Assembly (NCBI RefSeq): GCF_006345805.1
Contig: NC_042997.1
Coordinates: 108,872,001-108,936,000 of the forward strand
Direction: 5' to 3'
Length of the DNA: 64,000 nucleotides
From: Octopus sinensis
Lineage: Eukaryota
Shown here: in pieces, positions 27,136 to 40,212 of the stretch
How positions within the stretch are numbered: the stretch's first letter is position 1
Layout of the letters: each line of letters starts with the position of its first letter
Translations under genes and position numbers: made by a program
Notes under the pieces: model-generated
The model's input: the letters and a program-made list of their open reading frames with translations, nothing else
Told to the model about the DNA's origin: nothing
Databases searched by the model: none

Positions 27136-27541
27136 TTTCTTTTATTTGTTTCAGTCATTGACTGCGGCCATGCTGCAGCACCGCTTTTAGTCGAACAAAT
27201 CGACCCCAGGACTTATTCTTTGTAAGCTTAGTACTTATTCTATCAGTCTCTTTTGCCGAAATGCTAGGTTACGGGGACGTGAACACACCGACATCGGTTG
27301 TCAAGCGATGGTGGGGGGACAAACACAGATACACAAACATGCACACAAACATGCACACAAACACACACACGCACCTACACACACACACATATGAACGATG
27401 GTATACCATATCCACTCACAAGGCTTTGGTCAGCCCGAGACTATAGCAGAAGATACTTGCCCAAGGTGCCACGCGGTGGGACTGAACCCGGAACCATGTG
27501 GCTGGTAAGCAAGCTACTTACCACACAGCCACTCCTGTGCC
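27136..27541 (-). mobile_element. SINE family A copy
   Basis: Homology to 6324-6748. Confidence 0.9.
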
Positions 27542-27720
27542 CTTTCCTTTCTTTTTTCTACAGCCCATAAATATATATATATATATAAACATACATACAA
27601 TTAAATGTATAAATATTTATACGTGTATTATACATACGCATTTATATATACATATAATATACGTATATAAATATATAGTATATTATATGTACATACATAT
27701 GTATATTATATGTATGTATG

Positions 27721-27762
<42 letters not shown>

Positions 27763-27804
27763 ATGTGTGTGTATGTAGGAGTGTGTATATATGTATATTA
27801 TGTG

Positions 27805-27846
<42 letters not shown>

Positions 27847-28330
27847 GATATATATAGTTCTATGTCTCTGTATGCGTGTGTCTATACATATATTATATCT
27901 ATCTATTTATGTATCTATCCGTATGTATTCATTATGTAATGTCAGTGTATGGATCATGCGTATTTGTGCGTGCCAGCGAATATTTTTCGCAGTAAGAGAA
28001 TATCATTTTAATATAGTTTTGTGGCGTCCTCAGTTGGGAGCGAACAAACTGTATTGTCGAAATCCATGTAAAGTTAAGAATAGACAAGTCTCTGTAGATT
28101 TCCTAATGGTTTAGCAACAAGGATCGCAGTTGTATAAGGTCTACAGGGAAACAGCATGATAGTATCTTAAATTTGGTGCATGCATCTGTGTGTGTGTGTG
28201 TGTGTGTTCGCGAGCGCGTGTCTCTGTGTGTTTTTAAGTACGCATGTTATATCTTTGTATAACATATTAAAACGTACTGATCTATATATATGTGCATACA
28301 TACACACACATACGTACATGCATATATGTA

Positions 28331-28424
<94 letters not shown>

Positions 28425-28477
28425 ATATATACACACATACATACACACACACCAAAAACTCACACACACACACAAAC

Positions 28478-28509
<32 letters not shown>

Positions 28510-29014
28510 ATATATATATAATATATATACATATACATATATGTATGTAGCCTTTGTTTACAGAATTATATATCTACATATACAAACATAGACATTCCTT
28601 CACATCCATCTCTGAAAAGCCGAGTGGTGCTTTATAAACATGCTACACTCTGAAGGCATCGTTTAATTACTCACACACAAAGACACATATTCATAAACGC
28701 ACACACATCCATAAATATGCTTACACACGCACGCGCGCTCACGTACACACACACACACATACACAAATGTGTGTGTGCGTGTGTATATACAGTGAGCGCG
28801 TATATAATGAATGGGAGAGACAAAAATGGCGGAAAGAGATGAAAAGGAAAGTAGGGGGAGGGTCGATAGCTATTCATTCAGATGGAGTTGATAAAGATAA
28901 ATATTTATAAATACATAATTCGAAAAATAAATGCATATTATATCATTTGCAGCATCAATATTTGTGAAGAATATTTTTTTTATATACATATGCATGTATA
29001 TGCGTATATATATA

Positions 29015-29046
<32 letters not shown>

Positions 29047-29571
29047 GTACAAAGAACATAATTGTGAGTATGAGCCTCTCATTTATATAGATATCTGCAC
29101 CGAGTCATTATGTCGTTTCCTATATATTCAGATGTTTAACTCTTCACATATTTTCATTCTATCGCAAAATATTGAGCACTAACGTTGATATGGCCATCTA
29201 TTATCTGCCGAATGCATTACATTGTATATATTGTTGAATTTGATTTAATATATCCGCGTATATACATATATGCATAGCAATGTATATATATATGTGCGTG
29301 TGTGTCTGTGTATCCATGCATACATCACACGTATATACTTATCTCGTATATATGTGAATTTGTACAAATGCAAACGCACGATTATTTATACATTGTTATT
29401 TATATAGTGAAACACACGTATACATTTATATATTTCATCCTTGTGCATGCTCGTAAACATACACACAACCACGCACACATATGCATACACATGCACACAC
29501 ACGCGCAGATATTGTGAAGTAAAAATTATATCATGTTCTAAAAATATATTTTACGTAGAGCTAATATATTC

Positions 29572-29790
29572 TTTTCTACTCTAGGCACAAGGACCGAAAT
29601 TTTTGGGAGGTGGGACCAGTCGATTAGATCACCCCACCCCAGTATGCAACTAGTACTTAATTTATCGACCCCTGAAAAGATGAAATGCAAAGACGACCTC
29701 AGTGGAATTTGAACTCAGAACGGTAGGATAGGTGAAATACCACTAAGCATTTCTCCCGGCATGCTAACGTTCCTGCCAGCTCACCGCCTT
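29572..29790 (-). mobile_element. Full-length SINE family B copy
   Basis: Minus head AGGCGGTGAGCTGGCAG, B box GAGTTCAAATTCC, central domain and ...CCTAGAGTAGAAAAG tail. Confidence 0.85.
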
Positions 29791-29865
29791 GTAGGGCTAA
29801 TATAATATCACCGCTAATATAACTTTTCAAGATGTGTCTGTATGTATGCTGCATACATACATACA

Positions 29866-30284
29866 CTATTTTTATTGGGGCCCTGAGATATGTAACGCAC
29901 TGCCTAAATACCAATGGTGAGAAATTAAGCTTCTCAAAACCAGAAAGGAGAAAGCTAATTCGAAGACTACAGATCGAATCCATCACTGGAACTGCAAAAA
30001 TCTGTAAAATTTTTCAGAAGTTTATTATTCAAATATATATGTCTAGATATGCAACTATATTCATGAGAATACATACATAAAACAAAACATACAAATCTGC
30101 ACATACATACATACATACATACATACATACATACATACATACATACATACATACATACATACATTCATACAAAGAAAAATACCCTGCTGCTGATGTTGAA
30201 ATTCCAATGAAGGATCCTTGGATCAAGGTTAGAAACTGGTTCTTTCTCTATTGGCAAAAACTCTTGAAATAAACTGAATAATGA
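29866..30284 (+). mobile_element. 3' end of an RLE-type non-LTR retrotransposon (family X)
   Basis: IFIGALRYVTHCLNTNGEKLSFSKPERRKLIRRLQIESITGTAKICKIF resembles the C-terminus of RLE ORFs; 3' UTR ends CTGAATAATGA; CATA repeats on both sides. Confidence 0.75.
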
Positions 30285-31559
30285 CATACCTACCTACCTA
30301 CATACATACATACATACATATATACATATAGACAAGTATACATGCACACATACATCCACACACATATATACTTTAGCGTTGGTTAGATTCTGATTTACCA
30401 AAGGCTTCTTAATAAATCGTTAATGCACGTCCAATTTTATTAACCTTCTGTTTCTAAATGCCATAAGAACATAGTTTGAGGATTACATATGGATGAATAC
30501 TTTTAATTCTGTTAAGGAGAATATCTTTTAGAAAGCAGTCGTGAGTTATTCTTTAATCTTATATGTCAACATGGAAATGAGAAATATGTATTTCGCTGAA
30601 AATGACGAACATGTTTCACGCTGAATAAGTGGCATCGTTCGTCTGCACATCAGTGATTGTGGCATATAGTGGCAGAAGAAAGGTAAGGTGCGTGGTAGAA
30701 GAAATATGGCTTAGAAATGAGAGAGAAAATGTAAGAGAAAAGAGACAGCAGAATAATGGTGTTGAAAAACTTGCCTGAATCAATTTCGAATATGTTTGCA
30801 ATTATGATTTTAGTCGGGTAAAGGTGTTATCTGTTAGTTCCCTCAGTGTCTGCATTTCCCGAAAGTCTCTGATCTGATATCTTGATTATGTTGTATTCTG
30901 AAAATTTTCCTTCCTCCTGCTGTCCATAAATCACTCCCCTTATTTCTGTTTTTATACGGTTTAGATGATTTCGATCATTATTAATTTAGTACTGTAATCT
31001 GAAGTTAATTCTTTTAATTTTCAAACGTAATCAACTAAGCAATCAGTATACATATGTATACTTAATTATGTGTAGGTGGGAGTGGAGAATAATTCGCAAC
31101 ATTTTCTCCCAACTCCAAACCAGGAAGTACGATGTAGATCCCAAACCAAACCGTTCCAAACTCGGAGATCCCACCCATCACATAGGAATTCACCTCTAAA
31201 CCACGATTATAGGTTCCAACCCACTCTAAGGAACCAAAATTACACCCAGTACGAACAACCCAGACCCCGGAATAACCAAAACCCCTCTAGTAGGCCACAC
31301 CAATAACCCAGACCCCGGAATAACCAAAATCCTTTTAGTAGGCAACACATCAATGTGAGAAAGACTAACACACACCAAAATACCGCAGATAGAAAACCCC
31401 CAGAAATGATTTTTTAAGCCAGGGTAACAGAATCCACGACACCAAATGGTAGATACCAACCCTGAAAAACCAAAAATCTGTCGACCCAACAAATCAATTC
31501 CTATGTGATGGGTGTAAGAACGGTTCTTGTGTGGGCTGGTATCTACAGTGTCTACAAAC

Positions 31560-31588
31560 ACAGAAACGCATACAGATGTACAAAATCA

Positions 31589-31622
<34 letters not shown>

Positions 31623-32701
31623 TACAATGCAAATCTTTCACGTAAACACACACACACACACATACATATACACACGCACAAACACAATATCCTCACATTC
31701 GAGCACAAACTCACACACATTTCAAGAAAAAACACATACATATGTATACACTTGCAATACTATTCTAGCAACCATAACCAACACTCACACACACATACAC
31801 ACATACGTAAACAGGTGCATGCACACACCTACACACACCACTTTGACAATCATAAATCACATTCACACGAACACACCCACACATACACAGGTATACACAA
31901 ACAAAGACGCAAATACGACACCCACCCACCCGCACACACACGCATATATGCATACATAGGTACACACACACGCACAAACACCAACATATCACACACACAC
32001 ACACTCAAAAGGAAAAAAACATATGCACACAATACAATCTCAACAAACACAACAAACACTCAAAAACACACAGACATACACACACACAAGCACACACACA
32101 CAATGACACACACCTCTCCGACACATAGACACACTCACACAAACACACCCACACGTATACACACACTGCACTAACAATACAAACAAAACAAATCACTCAG
32201 AAATACAGCACACACACAGTCACGTGCACCCACACACCCAAAAAACTACATAAACTATACCCACATATATACACACACAAACGCATACTCAGTACCAACA
32301 TGCACAGAACGTACATGCACACACATACACACAACCCGGATAAACCCAACACACACGAACACACAGAACCCCTGATTAATACAATACATTCACACACACA
32401 TACACACCCACACATACCCACACACACACATATGCACCCCCACACACACATACAGTAGCTCACACACACACACACCACCCGGAGAATTGTAACAACACAT
32501 ACATACTCAGACAGACACACACACACACACACACTCACATACATACAGACTCACGTACACACACAATCAAGGACACACACATAACATCCCCACCAATGCA
32601 AAACACACAAACATATACACGCACACACAGACGCACACATACACAGACGCGAAAAACACATCTACACAAATGCGCACACACAACACCCTGACAAATTCTA
32701 A

Positions 32702-32754
<53 letters not shown>

Positions 32755-32860
32755 CACAAACGTCCACGCATATACATACATCATCCTACCAAATATAAAA
32801 TTCAAGCACCTGTATATATATACACACACATAGAGACGTGCACAGAGTGACACACACACT
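31560..32860. repeat. 1.3-kb degenerate AC-rich, G-poor low-complexity tract
   Basis: Directly visible strand-asymmetric cryptic (AC)n; source of the HT and CV ORFs. Confidence 0.9.
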
Positions 32861-33343
32861 CACACCATTCTGACCTTAAGACCAGTTCCCAAAACCACTG
32901 AACCATGACAGACTAGCCCAGAAACAAAACATCCTCTGGATTCCACATTGCTCTTCCTTCCCCCCAACTAACCTCCCACACTGTCCCTTTCCTTCTGTGC
33001 ATATATATACTACCAAACAAACAAGATTTTTATTGAACTGAAAATGCTCTTTGGAATCCCATTCTAATTACTTTTTTAAATACTTTCTTGTAAACTGTTT
33101 TTAACATTTTCTTATTATTATCAAAGAATGTATATATGTATTGTAATATTTTGTGACAACCAGTACTTAACACAACAAAGCTTTTACATTTTACTTTTGC
33201 TAATCTTTTCTAAAAGAGTGAAACCGGTCAGGTGAATAAGCATCTTTGAAATTGCATTTTCAAACTTTCTTTCATATATGTATGCATGTAGATATATATA
33301 TATATAAATGTGTGTGTGTATGTATGTATGTATACATATATAT

Positions 33344-33527
33344 CATGATAGATCGGTAGCCACTACACACATTTTTTTCTCTCCTTGTTTTTTTCTGTGT
33401 CTCTTTCTGTAGAAGAGCGTAGGCTCGAAACATAAAAGACTTTTCAATTCCTGAGCGTTATACTAATACATCTGTTTTTTACGTACAGCACCTATCTTCG
33501 TCTTTTGTTTTTCGTGTGAACTCTTCC
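33344..33527 (+). mobile_element. PLE terminal (pLTR-like) unit with hammerhead-like motif
   Basis: Homologous to 53453-53633 (the 3' end of the Neptune-type element) and 59062-59242; contains CTGTAGA-A-GAGC-GTAG-GCTC-GAAA at 33399-33440; 3' end abuts (TA)n. Confidence 0.75.
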
Positions 33528-33532
33528 TATAT

Positions 33533-33580
<48 letters not shown>

Positions 33581-33638
33581 TATATGTATGTATGTAAGTA
33601 TGTATGTATGTATGTAAATATGTGTGTGTGTATTTTCA

Positions 33639-33808
33639 TGTCTGTGTTTGTCCTCTACTACCGCCCGCTTGGTATGTCTACATCCCCATAACCTAGCCAA
33701 AGGAACCGCGAGAATATGTCGATTCGTTCGACTAAAATTCTTCAAGGCTGTTCCCCAGCATGGCCGCAGTCAAATGGCTGAAACAAACAAAATGTAAAAG
33801 ATAAAAGA

Positions 33809-33810
<2 letters not shown>
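33639..33810 (+). mobile_element. SINE family A, 3' half
   Basis: CCAGCATGGCCGCAGTCAAATGGCTGAAAC and AAAAGATAAAAGATA tail. Confidence 0.75.
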
Positions 33811-33864
<54 letters not shown>

Positions 33865-34640
33865 CTATCTATCTATCTATCTATCTATCTACCTGTCTGT
33901 CTGTCTGTCTGCCTGTCTAATCATTATTGCACATACGTCTCCATAATGGATTTAGTATGCATTTGTTTATTAGACATCGATTGTTTCATCTGCCATTGAA
34001 ATCCAAACAAGGAGTAGACTTATGGTTTACTGGTATTTTACTCTCAAACATATAATATCATTCATTGCTCTACATTATTGCATTGAGTACTAGATGTGCT
34101 TTGGTAGTTTTTGAGATTTGCCAAACACGATATCGTATATACTTTCATGTGAGTTCGTTGTACGCATGTGTACGCGTGTGTTTGTACATCCGTGTATGTT
34201 TGTGTGCATCTGCTTACGTGTGTATATATATGCGTGCCGCTGTCACTGTATCTGTATAATTTGCTACTCAATAAATGTCATTTCGATGGTTATACAACTA
34301 TCTACTCATCAATTATTCATGAACCAGTTTCTCACTAATTATTTCCCACAATTCCACACGCTCGTTATTAACACAATCTCTATCCTTCCTCTCCCCACCT
34401 CACTCCCTATATCTTTATTTCATAATTTCTAAAAGTTTTTCTTTCTCTCCTCTATTTTCACATTTTTCACATCTGTCTTCTCTTTTCCCGTCTCTTTTCA
34501 TCATTCATTCGGTTTCTGCAACAATTTCTTTAAAAAGCTGCCTTGTGCAAAATATCAGAAGTTGCTTTGAGACTCACTGCTCCAGGAATGAAGAAATGTT
34601 GATAAAATATCTATTATTAAGGTACTGGTAAATAGCATTC

Positions 34641-34750
<110 letters not shown>

Positions 34751-35010
34751 ACATCTGTACGCATATACATACATGTATGTTTATATATTTATGTATATAT
34801 ATATTCATCCATACATACACATTCACATGCATACATCATATACACATATATATATATATATATACTAGCAGAGATACCCGGCGTTGCCCGGTTACATTCA
34901 AATAAAAAATTAGACTTTTCTGTTACATATACATGGATACACACACACACATATATATGTATATTAATATAAATACATGAAAGCACATGAAGTTTGTTAA
35001 AAAAAGGGGA

Positions 35011-36603
35011 TCATGTATATACCTCCTGGCTGTTGAGATTATAACACCTCGTTGTAAACAATGTTCCTTGTTTTTCCTTGTGGAGCATATAAAAAAGGTT
35101 TCTTTTGGTTCCTACTCTTGAGCAGCTAACATACAGTTGCCCATGCGAGAAGCAGGGCTCATCCAAGAGATGACCAGCTACAGAGAGGGTTTGACCCTGA
35201 GATTTGTTAATGGACATGGCAAAGCTGACACGAAGTGGGAATTGCAGTCTTCTGAATGTAAATGGAATTTCTGCTCCTGATGGAGTAAGAGGTCTTCTTG
35301 GAATAAAGACGTCATCACCTTTTCCATATCCAGAAAGAATGATCGCCTCGATAACGTGTGACATCATTTTCTTTATCACCACTCGTGTTCTATTGCAAAG
35401 TCTTGGTGGTTCCAGATTGCGGAGTAGCATTACAGGAATTCCAACTTTAAGTGCAAATATGTGTGGAGGTAGTCCAGGAGGCTCCAGTGAATTGAGAAAT
35501 TCAGGAGGATAGTTCACAACTTCATTTATATCTGGAATTGTATCAACAGACTTGTAATGTACGTGTGTATAGTACATTAGCTGTTGATTAATTTTGTTAA
35601 CAGTGACGTTTTTTGGAGCTAATATTGCTCTTTCACACAGCCAATTGCGATTATGGTAGTTTTGTGTGAAGTTGGGAAAGACATTGTTTTTGAGGTCATC
35701 TACAGAATTAACAACAGAGGAAAATGACCACGCTTCCATTTGTCCTGCAGCATCGAGAGGCATCTTGCCTCCACCAAGTGTCAAAATGTCCTGTGCAAAA
35801 TTTGTGGACATTTTGTCGCCGTGTAGCTGAGCTCTCATGTTAGTGGTGAGACTGAGGATTGTAACATGATGCCACTGGGTAGAGGACTTTAGGCGTGCGT
35901 GGACTTCATATGCTCTAGTGCCTTTCGGAATGACAGGAAGAGTTTGCCTGAAATCACCTGACAACAGAAGCGTTACACCTCCCATTGGAGCCTGACAGTC
36001 TCGGATATCTTTCAGTGCTCTATCTAATGCTTCCAAAGCTCCCTTGTGAGCCATAGTGCACTCATCCCAGACAATTAGATGACACATTTTAAGTACTTGT
36101 CCCTGATCTGAGCTTTTGCTGATGTTGCATGAAGGCATTTCGGATGCTGCTAAATTGAGAGGGAGTTTAAAAGTTGAGTGTGCTGTCCTGCCACCGGGTA
36201 ACAAAGTAGCTGCAATGCCAGAGGAGGCTACAGCTACTGCAATGTCCTGATGCTGCCTAAATTCTGCAAGGAGAAGCTTTGTAATAAATGTTTTTCCTGT
36301 CCCTCCAGGAGCATCGAGGAAGAAGATTCGTCCCTCGCGTTGGCGTACACTGTTAAGAATAGTTCTGTAGGCCTCCAGCTGGTCCGGAAGTAATTTAGGC
36401 TCATTTTCAACAATGTACTTTGAAAGCGCTTGAGTGTCGTAGGTTGTTTCACGAATGACAGCAGTGGGAAGGCTATTTGACCCTGACCTGAATGCTTGTG
36501 GCAGGCCATACGTTGAGAATTCATTTCCACCCAGTTTAGCAATTCTGTCTTCAATGTCAATGAGTGTTTTTTTTTTATAGATTTCATTACTGATACCCTC
36601 CAT
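35011..36603 (-). pseudogene. Helitron PIF1-like SF1 helicase domain
   Basis: LDAPGGTGKTF (Walker A), ASSGIAATLL, GRTAHS, IVWDEC, GDFRQTLPV, QFPLRVSFAMSINKSQGQT, HGQLYVSCSR; detached from Rep by frameshifts and stops. Confidence 0.93.
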
Positions 36604-36788
36604 GTCAGGATAGAGCAGTTGAGCTTGGCGCTGAAAGTCTTCAGCCAGGGTGTCTCTATATTTGAGCCATAGAGTGGCCGGATCACACAGTTCGCATGCC
36701 TGTAGTAATACTGCAAATAGTGCCCTGAGACTTTTAGGTGATTGTGATAAAGTATCTTCTAAAGTTGCATCCCATTGTGCACCATCTT

Positions 36789-37965
36789 CTAACAGACCTT
36801 GTCGATCGCAGGCTTCTCTGTATGTTGTGCAGACATGTCCATGAACGGTTTTTGGGACCTGGAAAGACGTTGACCCTCTGACCTCATGCAGTAGTAGACG
36901 AAGGTAGAATCACTCTTGTTGAGTGGGATGCTCTGTGTATACTCGCGCAAGGCAAGTGTGAAACTTAATGCCAGGGTATCCACGAACATTTTGACCCGCT
37001 TTCCGTGGGGCCCATTTTTTTCCATTCCAAGTGTAGTACGATGGAATCTGTGAATGTGGATACAGCAAGGTTTGAGCGAATGGATCCACTTGACAAAGCT
37101 TGACGAATGCAGTGAGTGTGCTATCCCTTGGTTCCTCTGCCAACAGGGAAGCATTAGCATCGGTGAAGTACACTCTTTGATCATTTTCCAGGTGCACTGC
37201 AAGCTGTTGAATGGCGGGGTGTCGTTGGTGAATTGGAAAGCCAAAGATGCGCCAGAAAGCCTCGTTGCTACTTATATACCGTCCCACCTGATAATGCGTC
37301 ACCTCATCCTGGCAGTATTCTTGTTGAAGTCTAAACATTGCAGCGTCAGAACCCTTGTTTACATATTTGCAAACGTACTTGATGGATTTAACGGAGTTGC
37401 AAAACTCAACGTTGATGTGGGCATTGAAAGTCTTTGACAGGAGTGGGCAGTATGGAACAATCCATCTATTATCAATATCGTGCTGTCCGATAGTTGCTGT
37501 GAAACCTCCGTCTTCTGGTTTTCTGCGTCTGTATGATGGATACCCATCAGTACCTGTCTGAGTTTCTTGTAGGAACCTCCTTGGAAATCTTTTTGAACAT
37601 ATGCTGTCCTTCAAGCCTGGTGTGTTTATGTTGAATCCACGCCCACATGGACCATGTACCATGTTTGCTTTAACTATTTCGTATAGTTCTTTGTCTAAAG
37701 CTGTATCAGGAAGCTCTGCAGAGATTATCTTGTCGATGTCATTGGAATTAATCTTCGCTGAGAGCCAAAGCAGGATATGAGCATGTGGAAGTCCCCTTTT
37801 TTGCCACTCGATTGTGTACATGTCACATTGTATGGGCCCAAAGACTTGCCCTTTTTGTATGAGCTCCACGAGAGAGATTAACTTGAGATGGAAAACTCGG
37901 GCGTTGAGATTCCGGTTCGAATGTAAGGCAGGTTTGAAAGTGTTCCCAACAGTTATTAGTTGTAG
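36789..37965 (-). pseudogene. Helitron Rep (HUH endonuclease) domain, N-terminally truncated
   Basis: ARVFHLKL, IEWQKRGLPHAHILLW (HUH), MVHGPCG, DNRWIVPY and SIKYVCKYVNKG (two catalytic Tyr); frameshift near 37240. Confidence 0.92.
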
Positions 37966-38033
37966 TGGTAGAGTGTTTATGCCGAATATGTACGTATGCA
38001 AGTATATATATGTATGTATGTATGCCTGTATAT

Positions 38034-38170
38034 ATGTACAAAATCCACTGAGAAGGCTTTTGTTGGTCTGAGGCTACAGCAGAAGACACATGCTAAGTCA
38101 CCACACAGTGGGACTGAACCCAGGACCATGTGTTTGGAACGTAGTTTGTTACCACACAGCCACACCTGCC
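38034..38170 (-). mobile_element. SINE family A head, nested at the Rep N-terminus
   Basis: GGTGTGGCTGTGTGG...GGGTTCAGTCCCACTG on the minus strand. Confidence 0.8.
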
Positions 38171-38878
38171 CCTATGTATGTGTGTATGTGTGTGTGTGTG
38201 TGTGCGTATGTGTGTATGGGTAGATATATTATGCATGTATATATGTGTATATATATGTGTACATATTACATGTACATCTAATGCTTCTGTAAAGACGGTG
38301 AAAATATTGTCAATTTCCCCAAACAGGGACAAAATTCAATTTTTAAACAATAACCAAAGCCCCTTCTCCGAAAGGGGGAGGGTTACGGTTTACAATTATT
38401 TAGCAAATGCAACACAACAACGTTTCCCTGACGAAGAACCAACAAACGTGATTACAATAGTCAAGCAGTAATAATAATAACAACAAACCTTTTTAATTTA
38501 TCCCCATTTATGTGAAACCACTTATTCAAGTTCAAGTCATTGATGCAATTTTATATGAATTGCTAATACACACACACACACACACACACACAGAATAAGG
38601 GTGAAAAATTGAATATTAATTTGATTAATATGAATTGAAAACCAATGGTGTAGCATATGAGACCATAGCGGATCTTCTTCTAGCAAAAAGGATGACCACT
38701 ATTAATGGTTCATCCCTGTTATATAATACTTTCACTTTATTAGTTTCAGTATTAAAATGAAAGTGTTTGCATTACAAAAGAGAGATGTTTTTGTTTCACT
38801 TTTAACACGAAATACTGAAATAGTGGAGAAGATATGATATTGCTGTGGGGTCGCCCTAGGGAAAAGTTTTATATATAT

Positions 38879-38919
38879 ACTAGCATTATGACCCGTCGTT
38901 GCCGGGTCATAGTGCTAGT
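38879..38919. repeat. 41-bp palindrome with a Helitron-like CTAGT end on both strands
   Basis: ACTAGCATTATGACCCG-TCGTTGC-CGGGTCATAGTGCTAGT: 17-bp stem with one G-T pair and a 7-nt loop. Confidence 0.85.
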
Positions 38920-40092
38920 GCATGTATATATGTGTATATATATATATGTACATATTACATGTACATATTACATGTACATCTATATATATACATCTACACA
39001 TAAAATACAAAATACAATTATATCTTGATATCGCTAGTGATAACAATACTCAAAATATATAACAGACTGGAATTCTAAGCTCGTCTCTTGCGATTTCGAT
39101 CAATTGTCTCTTGTCCTCCCTCTTGTATAGAAGTGTGGCTACAATCCAGCCTACCTAAACTTCGGAGGGGGGAGGGCATTTTAAATTTTTATCCGGCACG
39201 TCCTACATCCCAGATATAAAGGTAAAAATAAAATATTTCCACTTTGCAAGTTCGAGTCGAGCACTCCCTTGCACGCTCCGTTGACTCGAACCTTGTGGCG
39301 AATTTACCGCCTCTGGTTAGATATCTTTCATAGTCGCATCAAGACACTTTTCGATGGTGCTTTCCTCCAGGTGTTCAAATCTTTTTTCTCTACATTGTAT
39401 ACTTTATAGACAATAGTCTTTTCTTTAATTTAATTTTTTATTATCCATCTGGACTATTCCATTTCTGCACGCTAATTTTAGTTTTAATTTATCCCCATTC
39501 ATGTGAAACCACTTATTCAAGTTCAAGTCATTGATGCAATTTTATACCAATTGCTATTTTTACTTTTGTTATGTTACGATTATATTATACTTTAGTTTGA
39601 TTTTAATTATTACTTACTACATATAATTCAATTGTTATTATTATTTTTATTGTTAAAGTGAAAGTATCTGACATACAATACAGAAATGTTTTTGTTTCAC
39701 TTTTAACACGTAATACTGAAATAGTGGAGAAGATATGATATTGCTATGGGCTCGTTCTAAGCAAGAAGTTGAACATTTTTTTGCCCATGAAACTACATGG
39801 ACCCTAAGTAAGGCATGTGTAAAATTTGAATGAAATTGGTTGTGTAGTTCTCAAGTTTTAGGGAATCGTAGTGGAGAAGATATGATATTTTTTGTGGGCT
39901 CGCCCTAGGCAAAAAGTTAAAATTATTTTTGCCGATGACACTCCCCGGACCCTAAGTAAGGCATGTGTAAAATTTGAATGAAATTGGTTGTGTAGTTCTC
40001 AAGTTTTAGGGAAACACACAGACAGACAGACAGACACACATTCTCAGTTTTACTAGTCTGGATAGAATTGACATATCGGTTCTATTCTAGCA

Positions 40093-40170
40093 AAAACTGC
40101 CCGACGAACGGCAACGTGAAACTCAGACTAACAGGTTTTGTTGAATTTTCTGCTGCTTTAAATAAAGTAT
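40093..40170 (+). ncRNA. Degenerate minimal hammerhead ribozyme in a PLE-type 3' end
   Basis: AAAACTG(C)-CCGACGA-ACG[GCAA]CGT-GAAA-CTCAGAC-TA-ACAG(G)TTTT; ends AAATAAAG followed by (TA)n. Confidence 0.5.
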
Positions 40171-40212
40171 ATATATATATATATATAATATATAATGTTA
40201 TATGTAGTCGAG

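Larger units (their letters stand above)
34865..40062 (-). mobile_element. Helitron (decayed autonomous type); 5' boundary tentative
   Basis: 3' end CCGGGCAACGCCGGG hairpin followed by ...CTAG|T at 34865; Rep and PIF1 ORFs on the same strand; candidate 5' end A|TC at 40062 next to (GACA)n. Confidence 0.8.
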
